From: the human T2T-CHM13v2.0 reference genome, Homo sapiens
Strand: one strand, 5' to 3'
Length of the DNA stretch: 64,000 bases
Assembly (NCBI RefSeq): GCF_009914755.1
Contig: NC_060931.1
Below the pieces are notes generated by a model, which was given only the letters and a program-made list of their open reading frames with translations, did not search any database and was not told the DNA's origin. Below, one piece after another: positions 1-12,140 of this stretch. Every line of letters begins with the position of its first letter. Position 1 is the first letter of the stretch. Position numbers and translations under genes: made by a program.

Positions 1-521
1 GGAGCGAGGGCTTCAACAGGTCTCTAAGCTAAGGCATGGGGCCTTAGACAAACCACGTTTCCCTCTTCAGTGGGGGGCTATGTTCTCAGAGAGTTATGCC
101 TTTTTTTCATCTTGCAGAACCTGACTCATTAGTGAGTTGTAAATTCAATATAATGGGTTGTAACTCATATTTTAAAATAGAATAAACAGAAGACGAGAGG
201 TCAAGTTGGGATAGGATGTGGAGGAGAAGTGATGGGAAAACATCAGAATGTACTGCATGGAGCAAAGGTAAATCCTCTTCCATGATGATTTTACTTCTAT
301 TGTATGTGTGGCAACAGAAGCACTGGATTGTGGTATAAAATATATTTCCTGTAAAATTATACACCGTGTTTTATGGTAAACAGGATTTTTGAAGTTGCTG
401 GTTCGGCACACACATTGCCAACCAAGTATTCACCTCAGAAAAGTGCAACATGTTTATCCTCTCTCGCAGAATGTCAGCTCCAGAGAAGACTGAACTTGAT
501 AATCTGAACATGCGCAGCCAC

Positions 522-914
522 TACTGTGGATTGAATGTTTTGTCCCCTCCAAAACTCATGTTGAAATTTACTCCCCAGTGCAACAGTCTTTGGGAGGTGG
601 GGCCTGATGGGAGGTGTGTAGGTGGTGAGGGCTCCACTCAGGCATGGGCCTGTGGCATCATAACAGGGCTGGCAGGAGTGCTTAGCTTTTTTCAGCTCTT
701 CTGCCATGCAACAAAGAGTGCTCCTCCCCTCCAGAGGATGTCACGGTCAAGGTGCCATCCTGGAAACAGACAGCAGCCCTCGCCAGACACCCAAACTGCC
801 AGTGCCTAATCTTGGACTTTCCAGCCTCCAGAACTGTGAAAAATAAGTGTATATGCTTTATAAATTACCCAGTCTCAGGTATTCTCTTATAGCATCACAG
901 AACAGACTAAGGCA
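522..914 (+). mobile_element. MaLR solo LTR (MSTD/MLT1A-like)
   Basis: Begins tactgtggattgaatgttttgtcccctccaaaactcatgttgaaatt and ends ...aaattacccagtctcaggtattc...gactaaggca, typical MST/MLT1A termini. 5-bp TSD gccac (517-521) / gccaa (915-919). Confidence 0.85.
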
Positions 915-1464
915 GCCAACTTCCTTCCCACCTAAAAAGCTCATTATGAAAGAAAAATATTTTTAAAGCTCTACTAGCACTGGGAAATAAAAGCTAAAAG
1001 CCTTTAGCCAAGCAGAACATTTACAGCACTCCTGGAAGTCAACAACAAACAGATCTACGGAGAAACAAGTCCAGAGCAATCACAGGCCAACAGCCAGGCC
1101 ACGTAGTGGTGTTGCGTATTTGACACACTCAAAACTCAGGCTCAACAGACATTGGCAGTGGGGTTGTGGGGACAGTTTTAATGGGTAAGGATTGGGAATA
1201 AGTGTTTAGGAGAGATATACTATCATTTCGTTACCCCTACCACTTAAGGCCAACCACATTTATTCCCACACTAAACCAGCAAAGTGGGCACGGAAGCCAG
1301 CTAGGCATAGCCACACCCCAGGTAACTTGCAAAACTCAAAAGGGACAAGAGCACAGTCCCTCTTCCTAGAGGACAAGCTATCATGGAAATTATTGGCAGA
1401 TACACAAACACAAAAAATAAAGTGAAAATATTTGCTGCAAATGTGACAAAGGAGTAAGCTCTAG

Positions 1465-1657
1465 AGGAGCCTGATTCACCGTGAAACATTTAATGACACT
1501 AAAGCTCTGGGCCACCCACTTGTGTGGTTCATCCTAGGGTGGTGGCAAAGGCCTAACAAAGAATGGTCACATTCTTATTTAATTTTGCATTATTTCTCCT
1601 GCAGCTGACGCCTCAAATTTTATAAGCTTCAAAGACCACAAAAGATAATTCATCCTA
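1465..1657 (+). mobile_element. MER53-like non-autonomous DNA transposon
   Basis: gattcaccgtgaaac...taatgacactaaagct at the 5' end and caaattttataagcttcaaagaccacaaaa at the 3' end match the recalled MER53 consensus. It interrupts an old L1. Confidence 0.65.
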
Positions 1658-1880
1658 GATATTCAGAGTTAAGATAAAATAGTTAAGAGTTAAGATAATA
1701 TAAATCACTCAGAAAAAATACATACAGTACAATATATGGGGAAAAGATATAAACAATTTATAGAAGAAAATATATAAATGGTAAATAAGCATAAAACATA
1801 ATCTCTATCTTGTTTATAATTAGAAATATGTAGATTAAAATAAAAACGAAAATTTTTCCCTCAGATATGCAAAAAAATAA

Positions 1881-2168
<288 letters not shown>

Positions 2169-4099
2169 ACAAAAATTTAAGTGATTGATAATATTAATCC
2201 ATGGTGGGAATGTATACTTATATATTTTAATTAAAGTAGAAATTATCAAAAATTACTAGAACAGCAAATTGGCAAGACCTATCAAAATACACATTATCAT
2301 TAACTCAATAATTGAGCTTCTAGGCATTAGGTCCAACACAAACACGCATTCCCTGTTAGAGATATGCACAAGGAGGTTATATTATGGAAGTCAAACTATA
2401 AGAAACCTCAGTGTCCATCAGTAGTGTAGGTATGTCCACACATACTGTCTCTAAAAAGAATGAAAAGATTTACATGGCCTACTAAGACAAAGACTCCCAA
2501 GTTAGAATATATTTTACAGGTAAAATTCAGAAGTTAAAAAACATAACCAACTGCCATCTTCTATGTTGGAACCTTGTGGGAAGAGTGTGGAGCTCGACAA
2601 AATTACAAGATTCATGAAAGATTAAACATTTTCATATATCTTAGACTGTAAATGTCAATCCCTCCCTTTGGCACACCTACAGTGGAATTCCAGTTTCTTC
2701 TGGGCCCTTATTCAAAGTTAGTTTTCTGAACTCATTTTTATATGGTCTTCCTTTTTCCTTTGGCCTATACTGCCCTTTTGGCTAAAAGGATTTTATTTTT
2801 CCCATGTCCTGAAGTTTCCCCATATCCTGAATACTGGCATTTAGTACAAGTGATGGTTTGTTGTTCATCATGCAACATGATTTCACTTTTCAGTATGTTT
2901 CTTTACAAGAGACTCTCTGGTTGTTTGATTTACAATCTAGTCCTGCTGTGTATAGCATGGTCTTTGTTCAATTTCATGAACACCATGAGAGTCTGTTTTT
3001 TCATGTGGATCCCATTCTTCTCAAGAAGTGCTTGCTCTTCACAGATAGATTTTCACACCTCCCTATAGCTGCTTCCATGAACATGGAAAATATTCAAATT
3101 ACTCTTTGAGATAGAGGCACTTTGAGTTCAAGCCCCATTTCCTCCCCACTGACTCATCTACTTCTTGTGTTACAATAAATAAGTTAGTGAGTCCTTGAGA
3201 AGTAGTCAGTGCACAAAAGCTGTGGTTGTTTAAATTGATATTTTTGTTAGAATTACCTTCTCTGTGCAGATAACAAACTGATGCTTGGTACATTTTCCAA
3301 GAGTACTTACATAGTAAAGGTAGAGTGAAACTGGACTTCACAGCCTTAATCCCAAATCCCTCCACTCCATGAGAGCCTCCTCAGTCCTTCCTGATTGCCA
3401 CGAGCCCTGTGAATTCTGCTTGCCTGCAGAAACTCCTCTTGGGTTATGTGCAATGATTCCTTGACTCATTCATACAAATTGTGTTTGTACATAGCACAAG
3501 CTTGCAGTTATTTTTACTAAGTCTATTAAAATTAAAACTATGTAAAGTAGAACCTGAAATCCTGAACATGACCAACATAGGGATTTTTCCATCTCAGGGG
3601 AGAAGGTAGAATGAAGGGATTAGATATTAACAAGGCCTGTAGAGGTTCTAGCACCTACTCCTGCAAGACTGGCTGCATATTTTCATTGAACAAAAAGGAG
3701 TAACAGTGGAAACCTGCTGCTTGAACTTTCTTTATTTACAAGTCTTGCTTGTTTGTCCTTTTGGATATAGGTGCCTCCATAGAAAGATTACAGAAAAACT
3801 CATCACTTCATATTTCAAATAGGGCAAAAGAAATGTGTAACGAGATTTCCCCAGGGTCCCACAATTTCCTTTCTTGAGAAAGGATTTAAAACGCTGCCTT
3901 GAAACAGTCCACCGGAATCCCTCAGAGAACTCATCCGTTAGCTGTGGGCAAGACCCTCTGTGTTTTTCCACCTACCCAGGGAGTGATGCCTATTCTGGGG
4001 ATGGTCCAAGCTCTTCTGGCAATTAGGAATGTCCCACTTTTGAGCAGAAAACTTGCAATCATGAGCACTTTGATGCTGCCTCACATTACATTTGGTAGG

Positions 4100-4462
4100 T
4101 GCTGTGGTCTGAATGTTCATATCCCCAAAATTCATACATTGAAATAACCCCCAAAGTGACAGTATTAGAGGTGGGGCCTTTGGGAGGTGATCAGATCGGG
4201 ATAGGGGACAGGAGAGGCCTCATGATGGGATCAGCGCCCTTATCAAGGAGCCCCAGGGAGCTCCCTCATCTCTTCCACCATGTGAAGACACCAAGGTAAG
4301 GCACCCTCTGTGAACCAGGAAGTGAGCTCCCACCAGACACCAAATCTGCCAGGGCTTTGATCTTGGATTTTGCAGCCTCCTGATCTGTAAAAAATATATT
4401 TTCTATTGTTTAGAAGCCACTCAGTCTATGGTATTTTATAGCAGCCTAAACAAACTGAGACA
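4100..4462 (+). mobile_element. MLT1A-type MaLR solo LTR
   Basis: tgctgtggtctgaatgt...gtattagaggtggggcctttgggaggtgat...gtctatggtattttatagcagcctaaacaaactgagaca; TG...CA termini. Confidence 0.88.
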
Positions 4463-5890
4463 CTAGAGATAGAGTGCAGGGAAAACAAAACAAAGCAAAA
4501 CAGAACCAGACATTTGAGAGATCTCTTCCCATTAGGATTCTTTAATTGTCATCTAATTGCTGTTCAAAAGAATTGATACAGAGTCAGAACAGAAAACAAA
4601 AGCATGTGAAGATCCTTTAACAGCTTCGTAACCGTCAGCCATCCAACAAAACACTGAAGTTCATGCCTATCTAATTAATTTTCTGGCCATCTAAAAATTT
4701 AAAAGGTTTGAACTCAAGACTACAAACAAATACAAATTTTCTTTGAAATTGCATACTATATAAAAGAAGAAAGAATGATTTGCCAAGTAGACTATTAGAC
4801 TCATAACATGCTGACATTCATAGAGAGAAGGCGGAGCAAAGAGACAGGCTTTATTTTATTAGATTTTGTCTTCCCAGCCCTCGCTGGAGCCATTGGAGAG
4901 AACTCCATCTAGCTGAAAGACCTGAAACTTAGAACCAAAGCAGCCAATGACTACACAGCCCGACTCCTTCCCAACCCATAGCTAGATCCTGGATTACCCA
5001 TATGTGAACCAAGGCCAGTGTGGGAAGGGCACTGTGGAAAGCGAACGTACCAGGTTCCCAGGGAACAGCCAGATGAGGCTACCTGCTCCAGGCCAAAGAG
5101 AGGGAGCAATGCCACACCTCCTCCCAAGGGGAAGTAGCTCAGGCCTCATGTAAGTGAAGAAAGACCTAGACATTTGCCTAAGGACCAGGTTTCTGGATCT
5201 CCTCACACTCAGGAGGAGCACAGCCCCACCCTTCTCAATCCAACTTCTGTAGAAGGAGGTAGGCCCCACAAGCCAGAAGAAATTCTGAAGAAGGAGAAAG
5301 AGGGGGTGCGTGGACCTTCTCTCAAGCCTGGTGGATGCCTGTAGGTCCTTCTATCTACCAAATTGCACCTTTCCCCAAGTCCCAGATGGAGCAATCATCC
5401 TCCCTCTGCCTCCCCACCTCCCGTGGACTTCAACCCTTATATTCATGTTAGAATCTCTCTGCCTCTTCCTCTGACTTGATTGTTTGCCCTGGAAGGCATG
5501 AATCAGACATTCACATCACATAGCCAGGATGTGGTGCAGTCTCTGGAACAGTGAGCCACTGAGGGAGTGGGTACTGGAAAGGTTCATAGACTAACAAACA
5601 CCTCAACGACTGCTGCTAACTTGGGTGCTTCAAGGCATGTGCCTGAATCCCACCCAGAGATCCCAGCTGCAGAGTCCAAGGCCCTGAGCCCAGCCACACA
5701 GCTCAGGAGTGATTTCTTCAGGGCAGAAAGGCCAGGGAGACTCCTCCAGCAGCTGTGCCAAATGCTGTGCCCAACTGTGAGGAAACAGTGGCAAAGAGGT
5801 ATAGGTTAAATGTGTCTGGTAGTGGGCAGGCAAGGAATGAATTGAGGTGGGGAGAAGGCCAGCAGCTCAGCATGCCGGGGAAGGCACGCT

Positions 5891-6001
5891 GCCACCTGCT
5901 TGAAGCAATCCATTTGGTTGACCCTCTGGATGTCTGCACTCAGCCAAAAGCACACGGATAAATGTCCTACATGGCTCACAAGCTCTGTGGATGAGTCTGT
6001 G
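5891..6001. repeat. Local dispersed duplication, copy A (partner 9319-9430)
   Basis: Manual alignment gives 16 differences in 112 columns (~86% identity). Confidence 0.9.
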
Positions 6002-6443
6002 TCTGTGGACAGAATCCTCAGTCGTCCAGGGTGCTGGCCAGCTGTCCTGCTCAGTGGCTCTATGGCCATGAGCAATACCCCTCTACCAGGCTGGCTGGCC
6101 AGCTCTGATGGGCCTGGACACACCACACTCCCCAACACAGGGCACAGAAAAAGTCAAGAAATAAGGATTGATCAAATCTCTATCTGGGGACGATAGGTGA
6201 CATTAGTCTTTGGAGGGAGCCATTGCTAGTTTTTCAAGCAGGGTGGAATGCGAGGAGAGCTGGGCTTCAGAGGTGTATAGAACCAATTAGGAGTTTTGAC
6301 CCGCCATGGTTTATTTTAGGATCAGGGAACAGGTGCTTGCTGGCTGGCTGGCCCAACCTTCTGAGGCGCCATCCCAGGCCGCATGTCAGGCGCCCTGTGG
6401 AATGTTGGTGCCCACCGCGCTGAGCCTGAACTCTACGCTCAGA

Positions 6444-6462
6444 TGTTGCCATCTAGTGGTGA
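6444..6462 (-). promoter_or_regulatory. Candidate CTCF site
   Basis: Minus strand reads TCACCACTAGATGGCAACA, a near-consensus CTCF core. It sits next to a locally CpG-retaining stretch (6300-6440). Confidence 0.6.
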
Positions 6463-8349
6463 CAAGGTGCAAATCTCACCCTTCGCCCTAATGCATAAAG
6501 GATCAGGAATTTTAAAAGAAATACTTTTCTAATAAAGCAAATTAAGGAATACTTTTTATTCACTTTTAAACAATACATAGAAAAGATTGCATTTTTGGTT
6601 TTGGCCTCTTTAGCCTCCTAAATATATACAAAAATCACATCAAGAATGTAAACTACCAGAAGTCAAGGAGTTGGAGTTGCCCAAGTGCCTTTATTGAGAC
6701 TACAGTTTCCCCATGGAGTAAATCTCAGTTCGTTACTTTAATTAAACACATGTCAAGAGATATTTGTGATATGAAGGAATGAAATTTAAATTTTCCCTGC
6801 ATTTCCTCATTCTGATTCCAACTTGGTTACTTACCAGGTAAATGGCACATAAATTCTCTGAGGCTCATACTCTTCACTGGCAAAATGGGAACGCATGACA
6901 CGATAATAGGAAAAAGTGATGTGAAAAGACGATAAAACCCTGAAGGCACAACTCTGGGTGTGTCCTGACTGCTCAGGTGTCTCCCAGGGCGGCCCATTTG
7001 ATGACACAGCCATGGTTTCCTCTCTTGAACAGGGGGTCTGTGTCCGCTTACTTTACCTAAGAGCACACTCACCAGCAGCCCCTGCCAAGAGTGTTCAGTT
7101 CGTGTTCTGCGCAGTGTCTAAGATATTCCTAATACTTAACAGATGTCAAAAATGGAATATTCATGATAAAAATACTCTTTAGTTTTCCATAAGCTCCAGT
7201 GACTAGAATGAGCCTTTCAACCCATGAAAGGATCCAGTCCTGGCTGGATCCAGAATTCAGGGAGTTCTGAATTTTGTGATTTCAAAGTGCTGATTGGTTA
7301 AGATACAGGTTACGTTCCTCCTGCACTACCTACCCAGGCACCTTCCTCAGTGATGAGACTTTACTCCTACAGCCCATCTCTTCCTAAATGGATGGCCAGC
7401 TCACCTAGAATCTCTCAGGGATTTTGCACTTAGTCTTACTTCCCGCTCCTAATTTTTAGTTTCTCTCTCTCCTTTTCCACTATGAGCAAACACCCTTTTG
7501 TCCCTTGGCTGAAGTCGATCATTCTGTGAGAGTGCTGCCCCTTTGGGTTATGGTTCTACTTGAAATTGATCCGTAACAAACACCTCTATGTCCTCATTGT
7601 CATTTCCTGAAAGGAGGTGTAAGTCAGGTGCAGGAGACTGAGAAGAGTAAGGCTGAGCCTCACTCACAGGCACACACTGTGGTGGGACAGAGACATCCCA
7701 CAGTATAGCCGCAGGCCAAGAGCGAGTCCCCTCAGGGCCCCAGAAAAAGGCAGAGTGGAAATGCCTTCAGCAGGCTTACCCCAGCCCCACATCTTCTCCC
7801 AGCCCCTTCTTGCCCATCCCCTGGCTGGGGCTCCCACACCTGTTCCTTTCATATAATGGCCCTCTCTTGGTTCCCCAGACATGCAATGGTTCTGGATGTC
7901 CCTGAACCTCTGGCCACAAACTGCTCACTGCCCTTTATTGTTGTTTTTCCTCCTCCTCTCCCAAACCATGACAGTTTCCCAGGGCTGTATAATCTTTCCT
8001 CTCCTTCCCTTCTCTTCTCCATGGCCCACTCACCAAACCTATATTTTGAACTGTAGCCACCCATCGCTGGCCCTCCTTGGTGGCCAGGCATGACACCTCA
8101 CATTTGCAGTAAACACTGTTCCTGACTTCTCCATGGCAGTGGCACCCTCAGCTCAGGCTACCCCATTGTTGTCTTTCATCAATAAGTCCCAAACCCAGGA
8201 GTTTCTCTCCTGAGAAATGGGCCCTGGATCCCCACTTCCTCCAGATCCCCCCAGCTGCCCACACTTGCTCTGAATTCTCCTGGAGTTAACACCCACTGCC
8301 ACCTTCATCTTCCTTGGAGAACAATCATGCCAGGAAGGTCACAGGAGCC

Positions 8350-8700
8350 GGAGCTGAAATCCCAGCTCTGACATGACACTTCTCTAACCTGTTTCTCATC
8401 TACAAAGTGGAGACAATCTCCCAGAGCTGTGGTTCCAATGAAAGATACTGTGGGAGAGCAAACCCCCAATGTGGAATGAATGGGAGACTTCCCTAGAAAA
8501 GAGGTCTAGGCATCAGCTCACCTCTACTTATTCTCTTTGTAACCAGAACAAGGGTTTAAACCTTCAGGCCTCAGTTTTCCCATCTGTGAAGTGATCACCT
8601 CAGCACCTGCCTCACTCAAGGGTGGTGAGGATTAAACCTAATTCTACACATAAAGGTCTCTGGGATAAACTCCCCAGACCATGTATGTTATTATTATTTC
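8350..8700 (+). mobile_element. Two MIR fragments
   Basis: aaatcccagctctg...ctgtttctcatctacaaagtgg and ggcctcagttttcccatctgtgaagtg...gtgaggattaaa...ttattatt MIR core motifs. Confidence 0.7.
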
Positions 8701-9318
8701 CAATTCTTCTTCATCTGAACTCCTCACCCCAGCATCAAACGTCTACCATACTTTAAATTCTTTCTTCCCTGGCCCTGTCTCTCAACACAGCAAGCATTTC
8801 AACACCCATGCAATCATTTGACAAATATTCACACTTTGCCTCTCCTCTGCCTGCATGACTTGGTGCTCTGTGGCACGGAACGCTGTGGGTAGTGACTTCT
8901 GCACTGGGCCTGTGATAGGAGGGGTCTGGGCATCAAGCACAGCATCACTAATCCTTCAGTGGGGTCTTCTCCTTCCAGGCTTGGCTGAAAGGTAGCCTCA
9001 GCCCTGATCTCTCCCTCAATATCCCCAGGAGGAGACACCAGTCCTTCTTCACTTCCAAGGTTTGCAACTAATGTGTATAGGTAAACAGAGGTTTATAAAA
9101 ACTCCAAAAGCTCCTCACTCCCATTTTGATCTTAGAGCTGCAATTAGGGGCTGCAGCTCTGATCTTCTCAAGATGGCACCTAGAATGTCACTGGGCCCCA
9201 GTCACCTCCTACATTCTGCATTGTTGGGTTTGGGGGAGTTAGCCAGAGCTCCTGATGCACCCACTTCTCTGAGAGGCAACTGAGGAGTGAACACAGCATC
9301 ACAGCAGGTTCACCATGA

Positions 9319-9430
9319 GCCACCTGTTTCTAAACAATCCATTTGGTTGACCCCCTGAACGTCTGCACTCAGTCAAGAGCACACTGATGAATGTCCTACA
9401 TGGCTCATGAGCTCTATGAATGAGTTTGTG
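9319..9430. repeat. Local dispersed duplication, copy B (partner 5891-6001)
   Basis: Shares caatccatttggttgaccc, gtctgcactcag and aatgtcctacatggctca with copy A. Ends at the L1 5' junction. Confidence 0.9.
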
Positions 9431-10823
9431 CTGGGAAAACTGGATATTCATATGCAGAATGACATTAGACCCCCACCTCTCTCCATATACAAAAATCAGC
9501 TAAAAATGGAAGACATAAATGCAAGACCTGAAACAATAAACCTACTAGAAGAAAACATAGGAAAATACTTCAGGACATTGGTCTAGGAAATTATACGAAT
9601 AAGACCTCAAAAGCACAAGCAACAAAAACAAAAATAAACAGATGAGTTTATTTCAAACTAAAAAGCTTCTGTCCAGCAAGGAAATAATCAACAGAGTGAA
9701 AATACAACCTACAAAATGGGAGAAAATATTTGCAAACTACTTATTCAACTGAGGATTAATAGCCAAGGTATACAAGGAACTCAAACACCTCAATGGCAAA
9801 AAAAAAAAAAAAAAAAATCTAATTTTAAACTGGGAAAATGATCTTGAAGAGATATTTATCAAAAGAAGACATACAAATGGCCAAGAAATATATGAAAAAA
9901 GGCTTAACATTACTAATCATTAGAAAAATGCAAATCAAAACCACAATGAGGTATCATCTCATTCCAGTTAGCATGACCATTATCAAAAATACAAAAACTA
10001 GCAAATGCTGGTGAGGATGCAGACAAAACAGAACTCTTACACACTATTGGTGGCAATGTAAATTAGTACAGCCATAATAGAGAACCACATGGAGAGTCCT
10101 CAAAAAACTACAAATAGAACCACCATATAATCCAGCAATCCCACCACTGGTAATTTTTTATCCAAAGGAAAGGAAATCATGGTATCAAAGAGACATCTGC
10201 ACCCCCACATTTACTGCAGCACTATTTGCAATAGCCAAGATATGGAATCAACTTTTGTGTCCAACAACAGATAAATTGATTTTTAAAATATGGTATATAT
10301 CACAAGGGAATACTATTCAGCTATAAAAAAGAATTACTGTTATTCACAGCAATAACGATATGGAACTGGAAGGCATTATGCTAAGTGAAAAAAGCCAGGA
10401 ACAGAAATTTAAACACCATATATTCTCATTCTCATTCATATGTGGAAGCTAAAAAAAAAATGATCTTATAGAAGTAAAAAAAAGAACACAGGATACTAGA
10501 AGCTGGGAAGGGTAGGAGGAAAGGAGGGATAGGGAGATATTTGGTGACAGACACAAAATTGCAGCTAGGTAGGTGGAATAAGTTCTAGTGCTCTATAGCA
10601 CTGTAGGATGACTATAGTTAATAATAGTATTTTATAGTGTTACAAAGAGCTAAAAGGAGGATATTGAAAGTTTCCAAAACAAAGAAATAATAAATGTTTC
10701 AGATGATGAGTATACTAAGTACTCTGACCTGATCACTATACATTGTATGTATCAAAACATCACTCTGTAACCCATGAACATGTACAACTATTATTTGTCA
10801 ATTAAACAATAAAATTTTAAAAA
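9428..10823 (+). mobile_element. 5'-truncated L1MA (approx. L1MA4-6): ORF2 end and 3'UTR
   Basis: gtgctgggaaaactggata...aaacctactagaagaaaacatagg... followed by the L1MA-type 3'UTR gaataagttctagtgctctatagcactgtagg and an A-rich tail. Confidence 0.92.
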
Positions 10824-11079
10824 CGCAAGTGGACACTCACTGGGGATTCTGGAATGTTCTAAGCTTTACAGTGAGCATACCTAAGGCACCGCTCAGAAGA
10901 TTGTTTATGTAACAATTCCAGAACTATAAGTACATTAAATATGTGATGATAAATTGAGTGATGAGAGGCTACACATTTTTAACTGTAGGCATGGAGATTT
11001 GCTCTTGAATAATTCAGCTTGAGATCTCCTCTCTCCTCTCAACAGTAGCAATTTGCTGTTGACAAACTCCCTGGACATG

Positions 11080-11215
11080 CATTATACCCTTGACTCCTAC
11101 AACATTCCTAAAAATGAAGATGGCAAGTACTATGAAATCCATGTTACAAATGAGTAAGTGGAGATTTGGTGAAATTAAGGGACTTGCTCCCAGTCACGCA
11201 GCTGGTAAAGGTTCA
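11080..11215 (-). mobile_element. MIR fragment
   Basis: ccatgttacaaatgagtaagtggag...aagggacttgctcccagtcacgcagctggtaa, reverse MIR core. Confidence 0.65.
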
Positions 11216-11579
11216 CAGATCTTGGCTTAGAAATTCAAAGAACAGGGCTCTGGCTCCTCTCCCCAAGATAGACACTGAAACTTTCTGTCCAACCATCTCT
11301 CAGTGATGTCCATGATATATTCAACTTTGGTTCATTTTGAATTTTCAGAGTTCTCTTTCCCCATGAAATCACTTTTCTGTTTTATTGCAAACATATGACT
11401 GGAAGGTCCTTGGAAAGATAGAGTTTAAAATAGAAACATCTGATGAAAACTGTCGCTTGATTATTACTTCTAAAAGAGCTGAGCTGACAAAATACAAAAA
11501 AAAAAAAACACATGTATTTGAAAAACTCATAACAGTGGAAATGGGATGCCTGGTCTCCGCCTGACTTTTGACAGTGACT

Positions 11580-12140
11580 GTGTCTTGTGTGTGTGTGTCC
11601 TGACTTCTGACAGTGACCGTGTTATGTGTGTGTGTGTGTGTGTGTGTATGAGAGAGAGAGAATGTGCGAGAATGTGTATGAGTAAGCTTTTATGATTGTG
11701 TGTGTTGTGTGAGTATATAGGAGTGTACTGAGTGTGTATAAAAGTGTGTGAGTATGTGTGCATGTCATGCACATATGTGTGAGTGTGCACAAGTGCGCAA
11801 TATGTATACATGTAAGTATTTTTGTGAGTGCATTGTGTGCATGTGTGAGCATGCATATGACTGTGCATATGTATGTTCTGAGCAAATGTGTGTGTTGGTA
11901 TGTGTAAGTGTTTGAGTTTGTGTGAGAGTGTGTGAGTTTATACTTGTGAATGTGTGTGAGTGTATGTGTAAGTATGTGTGTGTTAGATTTGTATATGTAT
12001 GTGTGTGTGAGAGCAAATTTGTGAATGTGAATGTGTGTGAACGAGTGTGCATGTATGAATGTGTATGTATATGCGAAAGAGTATGTATATTTGTGTGAGT
12101 GTCTCTGTGTGTTTGTGTGAACTGTGTATATGTATACACA
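11580..12140. repeat. Long degenerate (TG)n/(TGAG)/(TATG) simple repeat
   Basis: About 560 bp of mostly alternating purine-pyrimidine sequence; it produces the His/Thr-rich pseudo-ORFs. Confidence 0.95.

Noticed and set aside
7405-7606. Possible minus-strand exon (acceptor cacctcctttcag, donor ag/gtgagc) and other isolated strong splice-like sites (1605, 6833, 37835, 38796)
   Set aside because: Such sites are common by chance; no consistent reading frame or exon chain can be supported without transcript data.
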